Source: a virus
Strand: one strand, 5' to 3'
Virus record (IMG/VR): IMGVR_UViG_3300020394_000267
Span: 1 to 64,000 of that record
Length of the DNA: 64,000 nucleotides
Part shown: piece after piece, positions 29,719 through 39,771 of the stretch
How positions within the stretch are numbered: the first letter of the stretch is position 1
Layout: every line of letters begins with the position of its first letter
Made by a program: the position numbers and the translations under genes
The notes under the pieces: model-generated
Told to the model about the DNA's origin: nothing
The model's database searches: none
The model's input: the letters and a program-made list of their open reading frames with translations, nothing else

Positions 29719-29927
29719 TGGAAGGTACAGTCTCACACATTACACCAACTATACCCACAGCGAGTTCTACTCATTCGTGGAGTGATAAACAAGTTGTTAC
29801 CAAGGTGTACAACGGTGGTGAGGGACAGGTCATGGTAAAACAAGATATATACAATACTACTATTTACGATATGTATGGTAATAAACAGTCTGTGACTACT
29901 TCACATACTATAGATTACCTAATTTAA
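29718..29927 (+). CDS. Hypothetical protein
   Basis: TAATG overlap with previous stop. Confidence 0.55.
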   Translation: MEGTVSHITPTIPTASSTHSWSDKQVVTKVYNGGEGQVMVKQDIYNTTIYDMYGNKQSVTTSHTIDYLI

Positions 29928-30010
29928 ATTATGTTCATGTGATTGTTGGGCCCCTAGCACTTGAACTTTATAAATAATACCAATAAACAAATTTATATTG
30001 GAGATACCAA

Positions 30011-32245
30011 ATGTCCAGCAGATTAGACAGAATAATTAGGGAAGTCCTTACAGAAGGGCAAAGTACCCTATTAGAAGCGGACTTGACAAGGAGACTTGAC
30101 ATGCTCGTGAGACAGGGATTAATGCCTGCCTCTCAATTACCTATACTAAAACGCGGTTTAGAGAAATTCAACCAAGGTAAAGTGCCTGCACCGAATGAAA
30201 GAAACGCGGTTAATACACTACTAAACGGTATGATGTTCATCGTATTAGGTGACGATACTGTATTCAATAGAGCAAGAACTTCTGTACAAAAGAACAGATA
30301 TCAGACAGAAGAATTTGATGACCTTGAAGAGAAGATGACTGTGGATATTGACCATAGTGGTGAGAAGGACGATGCTGCTAAAAAACATGGTATCACATTA
30401 AAAAGAACTGGTTCTACTACAGTCAATGCTACAGGGTCACGCAAGAACCTCAAAAAATATCTAACGCACCATCATGGCGGAGACAAGAAAGATGCCGCTG
30501 ATGTACACAAGAGTGTATTCAAAGAAGAACAAGTCGCAATGAGGATGGCGATTGAAGAAGATAAAGATTGGCCTAGACCTTTTACAAAAGCTGAAAGGTC
30601 AGAATTTATGCGTCCCAAAGAAAAGTCTGCTGAAGAAACCAAAGCGATAAAAGACCGCATGAAGGCAAAGAATAAATCAAGACCTAAAGGTGTACAAGAA
30701 AGCGAAGAATTAGATGAAATATCTGATAAGATGAAACTCAATTACATTAAGAAAGCTAACAAAGAAATCACAAAGTCGGAAAAAGAGAGAGATGAGATTC
30801 AGAAGAGCGATAAGCCAGGTCATGACCAGTCATATAAAAGCATTATGGATTTAAAACATAAATCTGATGCAGATAAAAGAAGAAAGGGTGTTAGACAAGC
30901 TAGAAGTACATTGCAAAAAGAAGAACAACTAGACGAGTATGGTGCAATGTCAAGTGATAAGGCATCACACGATACTGGTGGATTCAGAATTTCAAATAAA
31001 GACGCCTCTGCTGCTAAAGAAAGAGCAAAGAAAAAGAGTGCAGAGAAACGCGACAAGTTATCAAATATAATCAAAAAGAACACCATCCAGAAAGGGCCTA
31101 TGAAAGGTTACATGACGGATGAAGTTAATCAAGGGGAAGAAAAAATGGATATTGATTGGACAAAAAATCCTTTCGCTCAAGCAAAAGCCATGGCTGAAGG
31201 AAAATTTAAAGACATGGCTACTAGGCAGTCCGAAGAGGAAAGACTCAAGGCAGAGAAAAAAGCTAAGAGACTTTCTGATAAAAAGAGTAAAGAAGAAAAA
31301 GAGACTGACCCAGGCTTAGACGAGGGTGTTGCTAAAAATACTCTTGATATCTATCAGGCACACGCGGATAAGAAAAAGAAAGATAGTCTCAAAGTGGGTC
31401 AGAAGGCACCCGATGGGGCGTCAAAAGCCAATGAACGCCAGTTGAGTTCAATCGCAAAACAAATGAACAAGGCAGTTGATAAAGCAAACGCTAAACTCAA
31501 GGAAGAACTAGAAGGACTACCAGAGTTAGATGCGATGGACTATGAGATGTGGGAAGCATATCAGTCCCCTACAAAGAACAACTACACCGACAAGGAACTT
31601 AGACAGGCGAAAGGTATCGCATTTGATAAGAGATACAAAGGTGGTAACATGACAGGTGCTGCTAAGGCAATGGAGAAAATCAAGAAAGGTTTATCCGACC
31701 ATCCTGTTGCTTCTAAAGCATTAAGAAAAGCAAACGAAGAGAACATGAAAGATGAGTGGTTAGACTTGTTTGATGGTGTAGAAGATTTCAATCAAATTAT
31801 TGAGATGTCTTATAAAGAAAAGTTTAATTCTATGTTGAAGAAGACAGGTAAAACTCTTGCTGGTATGTCACCAGAAGAGAAGAAGAAATTCTTTAACAAA
31901 GTAGATGGCGCTCACGATGCAGTAAACGAAAACAAAGCATTTAGAGATGCTGCTAGGGATTACGCGAAAGATGATAAGAAAGGACTTGCACCTACTAAGA
32001 AGGATGCACCTAAAGTATCAGACGCGAAGAACGCCAAAGAAATCGAACATATCGTACCTCAAATGAGGAAAGCTATTTCAGTAGGTAAGAAAGTGCAATT
32101 TAAAGATGGGAAACATCACACAGTTTCCAAGGCACACGCCGCTAAATTCTTGAATAAATACATGAGTGGCAAACCCGCTGATAAAGAAAAAATGCAATCG
32201 CATGCCCACGCAAGTCATAAGAACTTCATGGATCATGCAAAATAG
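30011..32245 (+). CDS. Large charged, probable internal head polyprotein
   Basis: Late promoter 29969-29976; repeated (L/I)xE junctions (EELDE, EQLDE, GLDE, DLEE) between Lys-rich modules. Confidence 0.75.
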   Translation: MSSRLDRIIREVLTEGQSTLLEADLTRRLDMLVRQGLMPASQLPILKRGLEKFNQGKVPAPNERNAVNTLLNGMMFIVLGDDTVFNRARTSVQKNRYQTEEFDDLEEKMTVDIDHSGEKDDAAKKHGITLKRTGSTTVNATGSRKNLKKYLTHHHGGDKKDAADVHKSVFKEEQVAMRMAIEEDKDWPRPFTKAERSEFMRPKEKSAEETKAIKDRMKAKNKSRPKGVQESEELDEISDKMKLNYIKKANKEITKSEKERDEIQKSDKPGHDQSYKSIMDLKHKSDADKRRKGVRQARSTLQKEEQLDEYGAMSSDKASHDTGGFRISNKDASAAKERAKKKSAEKRDKLSNIIKKNTIQKGPMKGYMTDEVNQGEEKMDIDWTKNPFAQAKAMAEGKFKDMATRQSEEERLKAEKKAKRLSDKKSKEEKETDPGLDEGVAKNTLDIYQAHADKKKKDSLKVGQKAPDGASKANERQLSSIAKQMNKAVDKANAKLKEELEGLPELDAMDYEMWEAYQSPTKNNYTDKELRQAKGIAFDKRYKGGNMTGAAKAMEKIKKGLSDHPVASKALRKANEENMKDEWLDLFDGVEDFNQIIEMSYKEKFNSMLKKTGKTLAGMSPEEKKKFFNKVDGAHDAVNENKAFRDAARDYAKDDKKGLAPTKKDAPKVSDAKNAKEIEHIVPQMRKAISVGKKVQFKDGKHHTVSKAHAAKFLNKYMSGKPADKEKMQSHAHASHKNFMDHAK

Positions 32246-32278
32246 TTTTAATAACCAAAAACACATAGGAGAGAAAAA

Positions 32279-32869
32279 ATGAGTGGATGGGGAGCAACTG
32301 ATTCAGACGAATCAAAACCAAAGTGGTTAACAGCAGACCAAAAAGAAGATGTCTTTGCTAACTCTAGTGGTTGGGTTGTAAAAGCTGGGTCAACTATGAC
32401 AGGAAATGGCAATACAAGTGCCACTCCAGAAGTTTTAGTTGCACTTGGTTCACTTGCGACTTCACTAGGACAAGCAACTATTGATGCTGTAGATTGGGAA
32501 AGCACAGCTTTTGATGTATCCGATGGTGGAACACTTAAAATTAATGTTCACTATAATGAGGAAATCACAGTCGCTGGTGCTTCACCTCTAATGTATGTAG
32601 CGAACAACCAAGCAGGTGGCGGTTCAGCATCTAGTGTTACATTAACAATGGATGGAAGTTTACCGTTTACTGGTGAAAAACTTACATTTAGTGCTACGAT
32701 AGGTGCTGGTGGCTCAACAATTGTTGCAGACGATGTACTTTCATTCGCAGCTCAATCGATTGACCTCAACGGTTCTACAATGGTAGACGCAATCGGTGGT
32801 GGAAATGCGGAGAGAGCAATCTCATCTGCACAAGCAACCGCTGGTGGAACACTAACCGCAACTGCATAA
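32279..32869 (+). CDS. Virion structural protein (Ig-like/decoration)
   Basis: MSGWG...SKPKWL...GWV motif; Ala/Gly/Ser/Thr rich. Confidence 0.7.
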   Translation: MSGWGATDSDESKPKWLTADQKEDVFANSSGWVVKAGSTMTGNGNTSATPEVLVALGSLATSLGQATIDAVDWESTAFDVSDGGTLKINVHYNEEITVAGASPLMYVANNQAGGGSASSVTLTMDGSLPFTGEKLTFSATIGAGGSTIVADDVLSFAAQSIDLNGSTMVDAIGGGNAERAISSAQATAGGTLTATA

Positions 32870-32880
32870 GGAGATAAAGC

Positions 32881-32931
32881 ATGTGTAAATGTTGCAAGTG
32901 TTGTACATGTACATGCCCAGAGTGTAACTAA
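32881..32931 (+). CDS. Cys-rich micropeptide MCKCCKCCTCTCPECN
   Basis: AAGGAG RBS 7 nt upstream; TAA overlaps the next ATG; 8 of 16 residues are Cys. Confidence 0.6.
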   Translation: MCKCCKCCTCTCPECN

Positions 32932-33377
32932 TGGCTGATAGTAAACTTTCAGAATTAACGGCTGCTACATCTGTAGCAGCCGCAGATACCTTTTATCTAG
33001 TACAAAGTTCTACTAGTAAAGGTGTGACAGCTGCAAATCTATTCGCTGATGTGGCGACACCTGTATCTTTTTCAGATAAGGTATCAATCGCAGACGCGGA
33101 TACAGTAACAGGGCCAGGCGTAGTCTCAGTCGCAACGAATGTGACTAGACTTACCAATCCAGGCACAGGTGGTACACTAACCATTGGTGCTGGTACAGAA
33201 GGTCAATTGAAAATTATTGTTATGGATGGCAATTCTAGTGCGGTAACACTGACACTAGACGATTCAGACTTAGGTCATGATACCATTACATTCAATAATG
33301 CTGGTGATACGGCAACCCTCATATATACTAATAGTAAATGGTGGATGATAGGGGGAACTGCTACAGTCGCCAATTAG
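32931..33377 (+). CDS. Virion structural protein (fibre/decoration-like)
   Basis: MADSKLSELTAAT start; GTEGQLKII and GDTATLIY..KW motifs. Confidence 0.7.
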   Translation: MADSKLSELTAATSVAAADTFYLVQSSTSKGVTAANLFADVATPVSFSDKVSIADADTVTGPGVVSVATNVTRLTNPGTGGTLTIGAGTEGQLKIIVMDGNSSAVTLTLDDSDLGHDTITFNNAGDTATLIYTNSKWWMIGGTATVAN

Positions 33378-33397
33378 ATAATAAAAAGATTTTATGA

Positions 33398-33775
33398 ATG
33401 ATTGAATTGAATGAAGAGAATTATTTAGTATACGCATTGAAAAATTATAATAGTCCAGAGTGTTCTGGAATGGATGATTTTGAAGAGGATGTAAAACGGT
33501 TCAAGTACTTGAAGAGACTTTTCCGTAGGTATGAAAGAACAGAAGTCTTGAATGACCGACTCATCTTAAATCATCTTATCGTATTATACAATGTTTTTGA
33601 CAAGGCTGCAACGCCTTTGTTGTTCTATAAGATAGACAAAGAACATTGGTCTATACTAAAAACTTTTTTGGTATTCTTGAACAGGATGCCAATGGAACAA
33701 ATAATCACTGGTGGTGTTAGGGGAGATGATATCCAACTAGACATGAAAGTGATTCAGATTTTAAGGAAAATTTAA
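33398..33775 (+). CDS. Conserved T4-like hypothetical protein
   Basis: FEEDVKRFKYLKRLF...RLILNHLIVLYNVF. Confidence 0.85.
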   Translation: MIELNEENYLVYALKNYNSPECSGMDDFEEDVKRFKYLKRLFRRYERTEVLNDRLILNHLIVLYNVFDKAATPLLFYKIDKEHWSILKTFLVFLNRMPMEQIITGGVRGDDIQLDMKVIQILRKI

Positions 33776-34327
33776 ATGTCCAGAGTTGTTGACAGTTTAA
33801 TCGCATACAGGATACTGAGGATGTTCGCACAGCCTATTAAGAAACATCCAGCGTATCAGATGGGAATTGTCGATGCAGACGGTAACAAGATAAAAGAACC
33901 ATCTGGTTCTCAAGAATTGGATGCCTACACATTACTGGACAAACTCGCTTTTAAAATTAAGCGAGCATTAATGAAGTCGCCTGACAGAACTGCGAAACGA
34001 CTTCTCACATTTGCGGCCGCTATTGCACTTCTACGCGAATCGAAAGATAATGTAGAAGAGATGGAAGATGGTGAATTTGAGGCATTGCTTGATTTATATT
34101 CAGAGGATGAAAATGTAATCAAAGAATCAAAAATGCTCGAAATGGGGAGAACTCCGTTCACCTATTTTGCTTTGGATGAGGAGATTGCAAATGTAGCAGG
34201 CCCGATGGGTGGTGGCGCAATTGCTGGAATAGGAACTGGGGCGCAAGGCGAGCCAGGCAGAAATCCTAGTCTCATGCCTCTTCAAAGAAGGAAGAAAAAG
34301 AGGCAAGTAAATGGCAAATCAAACTAA
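33776..34327 (+). CDS. Conserved T4-like hypothetical protein
   Basis: AYQMGIVDADG; EEIANV cleavage-like junction. Confidence 0.8.
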   Translation: MSRVVDSLIAYRILRMFAQPIKKHPAYQMGIVDADGNKIKEPSGSQELDAYTLLDKLAFKIKRALMKSPDRTAKRLLTFAAAIALLRESKDNVEEMEDGEFEALLDLYSEDENVIKESKMLEMGRTPFTYFALDEEIANVAGPMGGGAIAGIGTGAQGEPGRNPSLMPLQRRKKKRQVNGKSN

Positions 34328-34763
34328 TTTAGACACAAAAATAGCTCTTATGGAGAACGATATCAGACAGATGGGGGGACTGTTTGATAGACTTGATGTA
34401 TCCATAGAAAAGATTACAGAGTTAAATACCTCGATTAAGGAGGTTCTTGCGGTGCATGAACAAAGAATTACTGCCGCTGAGGTAGACTTAGAAAGAACAT
34501 ATGATACTTTTGAAGAGAAGTATGAACAATTACATTCGCGTATATCTACCACTAACAGGGAATTATCAAAAGAACTGAAAGATAATACCGCCGCTGTACA
34601 AGACACTTTAAAGGAACTAACTGCTCAAATAACTGAGCACGCGAATCACCATGACGATAGAATAAGGGCCCTCGAAAAAAGACAGTGGATGATGATGGGT
34701 GCTGCCGCTATTTTAGGATTCTTAATAGGAAATGCAGAAGCTTTATCGCTAATTTTCTCTTGA
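34311..34763 (+). CDS. Coiled-coil protein with C-terminal TM
   Basis: LAVHEQRI...RIRALEK..W..MGAA. Confidence 0.75.
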   Translation: MANQTNLDTKIALMENDIRQMGGLFDRLDVSIEKITELNTSIKEVLAVHEQRITAAEVDLERTYDTFEEKYEQLHSRISTTNRELSKELKDNTAAVQDTLKELTAQITEHANHHDDRIRALEKRQWMMMGAAAILGFLIGNAEALSLIFS

Positions 34764-34794
34764 CATTTGCTCTTAAATATGAGATCATGATCTC
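34760..34794 (+). promoter_or_regulatory. Early promoter (TTGACA-17-GATCAT) inside palindrome GAGATCATGATCTC
   Basis: -35 at 34760-34765; -10 at 34783-34788. Confidence 0.75.
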
Positions 34795-34820
34795 GTGAAT
34801 AAGAGAATAAGGAGAATAAT

Positions 34821-35015
34821 ATGAGTCATTGGGTAAACGATAGAATAGCTGACGATGCGATAGATACTGTCGCTAATATGTCAGATAATGATGTCAAGAA
34901 AAATTTATTTAACAGAGGGAAGAGAGTTCTTCCTAAAGATATGGATGCTAAAAGAGACATCTTAATAGACCTAGTTTTTGATGACCTAATGTCAAGACCA
35001 GGCCCCCACGGTTAA
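34821..35015 (+). CDS. Small early hypothetical protein
   Basis: AAGGAG RBS after early promoter. Confidence 0.7.
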   Translation: MSHWVNDRIADDAIDTVANMSDNDVKKNLFNRGKRVLPKDMDAKRDILIDLVFDDLMSRPGPHG

Positions 35016-35070
35016 AAAAATTTAAAGAATTCGCTTGACTTTTAATGCACTTATGTGTATAATGTGACCT

Positions 35071-36114
35071 ATGCTTTATGTAGATGTGAAATATATCAAC
35101 TTGATATCTCATCATTTTGAGAAATTCAAGAAGAAGAATGATTATCTTTGGAATGTAAGATGCCCGTTCTGTGGCGACTCGCGTAAAAATCTCAATAAAA
35201 TGCGTGGGTACTTTTTCCGTAAAGACAATAACATGATATACAAATGCCACAACTGTGGTTTTGGTGCTAGCATGAATACAGTTCTCAAGGAACTCGCACC
35301 CACTACTCATAAAGAATATTGTCTTGAAAAGTTTGGTGAGAATGAGAACAAAAATTGGGAACCAAAGGGTGCAAACTGGACTCCAAACGGACATAAATTG
35401 TTCGATGATAAACCAGTAGAACCGCCTAAGTTCACACCAAAATTTAGTTTATTTGATAAACTTGTGGATAGATTGGATACTCTTCCATACGACCACGAGG
35501 CAGTTCAATATGTGCAAAGTAGAAATATCCCAAATGATAAATGGGATCGACTTTACTATATTGACAACATAAAAAATATAGTCCAACTCAATGACAAATA
35601 CACGGAATCAATAGTTACTGAAGAACCCAGATTGGTTATCCCCTTCTTTGACCAAAATGGGCAATTGATGTCGGTGTCTTTGAGGGCTATGAGGGGGGAA
35701 ACACTAAGGTATATTCTTGTAAAAGTTAAAGAGGATGCACCTACAGTGTTCGGTTTAGACAAGGTTGATATGTCTAAACCTATATCTGTTGTTGAAGGCC
35801 CGATAGACAGTCTGTTTTTAGAAAACAGTATTGCCTGTTCTGGTACTGCCTTCAACAAGATTGAAGAATTGGGTATAGACCGTGATAAGATTACAATCAT
35901 ATTCGACAATCAACCGCGTAACAAAGAAGTTGTAAAGCTGGTTGAGAAGTATGTCGAGATGGATTATAATGTTGTCATATGGCCTAGTCCATTGACTCAG
36001 AAAGATATAAATGATATGGTGAACGATGGTATTGATGTGAGCGATGTTATTACTTGTAATACACATAGTGGACTGAGTGCCAAGTTTTTGTTAAATCAAT
36101 GGAAAAAATGTTAG
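35071..36114 (+). CDS. gp61: DNA primase gp61
   Basis: CPFCGDS...CHNC zinc finger; EGPIDSLF, FDNQPRN, KDIND TOPRIM; promoter TTGACT-17-TATAAT at 35035-35063. Confidence 0.97.
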   Translation: MLYVDVKYINLISHHFEKFKKKNDYLWNVRCPFCGDSRKNLNKMRGYFFRKDNNMIYKCHNCGFGASMNTVLKELAPTTHKEYCLEKFGENENKNWEPKGANWTPNGHKLFDDKPVEPPKFTPKFSLFDKLVDRLDTLPYDHEAVQYVQSRNIPNDKWDRLYYIDNIKNIVQLNDKYTESIVTEEPRLVIPFFDQNGQLMSVSLRAMRGETLRYILVKVKEDAPTVFGLDKVDMSKPISVVEGPIDSLFLENSIACSGTAFNKIEELGIDRDKITIIFDNQPRNKEVVKLVEKYVEMDYNVVIWPSPLTQKDINDMVNDGIDVSDVITCNTHSGLSAKFLLNQWKKC

Positions 36115-36123
36115 GAGCAAACT

Positions 36124-36468
36124 ATGGAAAATCAATTAAGTCAAACTGAAGGACTAATAGTTCTAGGTGTACTAGTTGTGCTTGCTATTGTTGCTGGTTT
36201 TTTCTCTAAGAAAAAAGATGTAGAAGAAAAATTTGATGTGAAGAAAATTGTCGAAGAAGATGCGAAATCTTTGAAAGGCGATGTTGAAACTTTGAATCAA
36301 AAAGGTATTTCTATAAATGTTGAGAATTTGCAAAAATTAACTAAGCAAAAACTCGATGAACTTGGAGAGTCTAAAGGTATTAAACTTGACCGCAGAAAAA
36401 CCAAAGCAAACATGATTGCAGACCTCGTGTCAGCAGTCGAAGGCAAAGACCACAAACTAGGAAAATAA
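36124..36468 (+). CDS. Membrane-anchored protein with C-terminal HeH/Rho-N-like motif
   Basis: N-terminal TM; LTKQKLDELG..KGIKLDRRKTKANMI. Confidence 0.65.
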   Translation: MENQLSQTEGLIVLGVLVVLAIVAGFFSKKKDVEEKFDVKKIVEEDAKSLKGDVETLNQKGISINVENLQKLTKQKLDELGESKGIKLDRRKTKANMIADLVSAVEGKDHKLGK

Positions 36469-36471
36469 TGT

Positions 36472-37149
36472 ATGGAAACACAAGTGAGTTTAGTTGGGTT
36501 GACCCAACCTTCAGCAGCAACTGGTTGTCATAGCGCAAATGAATTAATTGCATATGCAGCTAGGGTGAGTAACCCAGAGAATCAGGCGAATAGTAAAACC
36601 GCACCAAAGTTATTAGCTTATCTTATTAAGCATGAACATTGGTCACCATTTGAAATTGTATCTGTGACGATGGAAATTAAAACGACACGCGATATTGGTA
36701 GACAAATACTAAGACATCGTAGTTTTGCTTTTCAAGAGTTTAGTCAGAGATATGCTGTCTCAGAAGATTTTGAAAATCGAGAAGCTAGATTACAGGACGA
36801 ATCTAATCGACAAAACTCTTTGGAGATGGGTGCTAGTATAGAAGCTGCACAAATGCGTGAACGGTGGAACATGGAACAGAGAAAGGTAATCAATCAAGCA
36901 AAAAAGGCTTACGAGTGGGCCCTAGATAATGGTATTGCAAAAGAGCAAGCAAGAGCGGTGTTACCAGAAGGTAATACTATGACCACCATATACATGGCTG
37001 GTACACTGCGCTCTTGGATTCACTATTGTCAGTTGCGGATGGCAAATGGGACGCAAAAAGAACATAGTTTGATTGCGAAAATGTGTTGGGATATTATTGA
37101 AACACATTTCCCAGATGTAACAAAGGCGGTAAACAATGCAATGGACTGA
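36472..37149 (+). CDS. thyX: Flavin-dependent thymidylate synthase
   Basis: HWSPFE, RHRSFAFQEFSQRY, EQARAVLP. Confidence 0.97.
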   Translation: METQVSLVGLTQPSAATGCHSANELIAYAARVSNPENQANSKTAPKLLAYLIKHEHWSPFEIVSVTMEIKTTRDIGRQILRHRSFAFQEFSQRYAVSEDFENREARLQDESNRQNSLEMGASIEAAQMRERWNMEQRKVINQAKKAYEWALDNGIAKEQARAVLPEGNTMTTIYMAGTLRSWIHYCQLRMANGTQKEHSLIAKMCWDIIETHFPDVTKAVNNAMD

Positions 37150-37972
37150 TAAGGTAACTTCAGAAGACCTTGCAATTACACTGGCAAAGGCAGAAGACGA
37201 GAGTTCCGAGATAGAAAAGGTAAGGGAGAGAATTCCCTATGCCTTTCCTTGGAATAGGAGACTTGATGAACCATGTCGCGTGGAATGGAGTTCCACTGAT
37301 AGTAAAGAGGCATTTGAATCAAACTCTATCAATCAAAAAGAACAGATTGAAAAGTATGGTTGGGATGAACATAAAGTTTACTATGATTTGAACTCACATG
37401 GATACAGGTGTGATGAATTCTATGAAGATAGAAATTCTTATGTTGGTATTGGTGAGTGTTTTACATATGGTACAGGATTACCAGCAGAGATGTCATGGAC
37501 AAACTTGCTGGAGAAAGACATTGGTGAGAAGGTATGGAATCTAGGATTATGTACTACTGGACTAGATACCGCATTTAGAACTCTTTTAACTTGGTTACCA
37601 GTAATCAAACCTAAAGCAGTTCTTATGTTAGAGAATAGTACACTTGCTAGGGAAACTTGGTACATTGATGAGAACAATGAGGAATGGAATACTTGCATTG
37701 GATTCTGGTCTGATTTGGAGTGGCAACAAGAGGTATGTCTTAGTAAGACAGAAAGGTATTTAAACAGAAGAAAGAATTTAATGGCCATCAAAGAATTGTG
37801 TAGGATGGAAGGTGTTGAGTTTAAATTAATAACTGCAAAAGAAAGAAACGAAATAGGTTTTCGTGATTGGGAAGCAAATAAAGATACAAAATATGCATTA
37901 GCAAGGGACTTAATGCACCCAGGCTTGTATTTTCATCAATCGATGGTGCATCGATGGAAAGAGGAACTATAA
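37136..37972 (+). CDS. SGNH/GDSL-like hypothetical protein
   Basis: NSHGYR, GECFTYG, NLG, D.MHPG. Confidence 0.65.
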   Translation: MQWTDKVTSEDLAITLAKAEDESSEIEKVRERIPYAFPWNRRLDEPCRVEWSSTDSKEAFESNSINQKEQIEKYGWDEHKVYYDLNSHGYRCDEFYEDRNSYVGIGECFTYGTGLPAEMSWTNLLEKDIGEKVWNLGLCTTGLDTAFRTLLTWLPVIKPKAVLMLENSTLARETWYIDENNEEWNTCIGFWSDLEWQQEVCLSKTERYLNRRKNLMAIKELCRMEGVEFKLITAKERNEIGFRDWEANKDTKYALARDLMHPGLYFHQSMVHRWKEEL

Positions 37973-39771
37973 TGGCGACAGAGGATTATTTAGGAATTAA
38001 GATAGACAGGGACAGAGACCAACTATTTGATAAGTTGGGAATACAACGCCTGCAAGAAAGTTACATGAAAGAGGACGAAGAAAGTCCACAGGAGAGGTTT
38101 GCTTTTGTAAGTAAACAGTTTGCATCTAGCGATGAACATGCTCAACGGTTGTATGATTACGCTAGTAAACACTGGTTGTCTTACTCTACACCTATTCTAT
38201 CATTTGGTAGGTCTAAAAAGGGTCTGCCTATTTCATGTTTTTTAAATTACATAAACGATACAGCGGAGGGATTAGTTGAAAATTTATCGGAAACAAATTG
38301 GCTTAGTATGCTTGGGGGCGGTGTTGGTATTGGGTTTGGTATCCGAGCTAGCGATGATAAGTCTACTGGCGTCTTGCCACATCTCAAAACCTACGACTCA
38401 AGTAGTCTGGCATATAGACAGGGGCGTACCCGCCGAGGGTCATATGCTGCCTACCTCGACATTAGTCACCCCGATATTACAATGTTTCTCGAAATGCGTA
38501 AACCAACAGGAGACCAAAACCTCAGATGTCTAAACTTACATCACGGTATTAATATCAGTGATAGGTTTATGGAGATGATTGAAAGGTGCATGTCAGACCC
38601 AGATGCTGATGACAGGTGGAATCTAACAGACCCACATACAGGAGAAGTACGCGAGACTGTATCTGCTAAACATCTATGGCAGAAGATACTTGAAATGCGT
38701 ATGGAGACAGGGGAACCATATTTACATTTTGTTGACACTAGTAACAGAGAAATGCCAGAGTGGTTAAAAGATAAAGGATTAAAAATTAGTCAGTCTAATC
38801 TTTGTTCTGAAATTATCCTACCGACAAATGAAAAGAGGACTGCTGTATGTTGTCTTTCGTCTGTTAACCTAGAACACTATGATGCATGGTCAAAGAGTAC
38901 CACATTCTTAAAAGATGTGGCAGAGATGTTAGACAATGTGTTACAGTATTTTATTGATAACGCACCAGAGACAGTATCGCGGGCAGTTTACTCAGCGAAA
39001 CAGGAAAGAAGTATTGGTGTTGGTGCATTGGGATTCCATGCATATTTACAAAAGAACAACATACCATTTGAAGGATTCATGGCAAAATCCACTAATATAA
39101 GAATGTTCAAATTGATAAGGGGGAAATTAGATGAAGCAAACTTGGAACTTGGTAGGGAGAGAGGCGAAGCTATTGATGCGAGAGGCACAGGAAGAAGATT
39201 TAGTCATGTTATGGCTGTTGCTCCTAATGCTTCCAGTAGTATTATTATGGGAAACACTTCGCCGAGTATTGAACCGTATCGCGCTAACGCTTACAGGCAA
39301 GACACATTATCTGGGGCTTATCTCAATAAGAATAAGCATCTGGATGTTGTCATTAAAGATAAATGCGAGAAGAATAAAAGGTTGGATTATGACAAAATTT
39401 GGTCATCGATAATTGCCAACGATGGGTCAGTACAACATGTATCATGTCTGGATGAGAAAGAGAAAGAAATTTATAAGACTGCTATGGAGATTGACCAGAG
39501 ATGGGTAGTCGAACATGCATCCACCAGACAAGAATGGATAGACCAAGGACAATCTGTTAATCTATTTTTTAGACCAGATGTCAACATAAAGTATTTACAT
39601 GCAATACACTATCTCGCGTGGAAACAAGGTATGAAAACTTTGTACTATTGTAGGTCAGAGAAGTTAGGAAAGGCAGACAAGGTATCCAAACGCATTGAAA
39701 GAGAAGCGATAAAAGAAATTGATTTTCAGAGTATGATTGATGGTGAAAACTGTGTTGCATGTGAAGGATAA
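37972..39771 (+). CDS. nrdA: Ribonucleotide reductase class I alpha subunit (short, no obvious ATP cone)
   Basis: SNLCSEI, VCCL, APNASSS, TLYY, C-terminal CVAC. Confidence 0.97.
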   Translation: MATEDYLGIKIDRDRDQLFDKLGIQRLQESYMKEDEESPQERFAFVSKQFASSDEHAQRLYDYASKHWLSYSTPILSFGRSKKGLPISCFLNYINDTAEGLVENLSETNWLSMLGGGVGIGFGIRASDDKSTGVLPHLKTYDSSSLAYRQGRTRRGSYAAYLDISHPDITMFLEMRKPTGDQNLRCLNLHHGINISDRFMEMIERCMSDPDADDRWNLTDPHTGEVRETVSAKHLWQKILEMRMETGEPYLHFVDTSNREMPEWLKDKGLKISQSNLCSEIILPTNEKRTAVCCLSSVNLEHYDAWSKSTTFLKDVAEMLDNVLQYFIDNAPETVSRAVYSAKQERSIGVGALGFHAYLQKNNIPFEGFMAKSTNIRMFKLIRGKLDEANLELGRERGEAIDARGTGRRFSHVMAVAPNASSSIIMGNTSPSIEPYRANAYRQDTLSGAYLNKNKHLDVVIKDKCEKNKRLDYDKIWSSIIANDGSVQHVSCLDEKEKEIYKTAMEIDQRWVVEHASTRQEWIDQGQSVNLFFRPDVNIKYLHAIHYLAWKQGMKTLYYCRSEKLGKADKVSKRIEREAIKEIDFQSMIDGENCVACEG

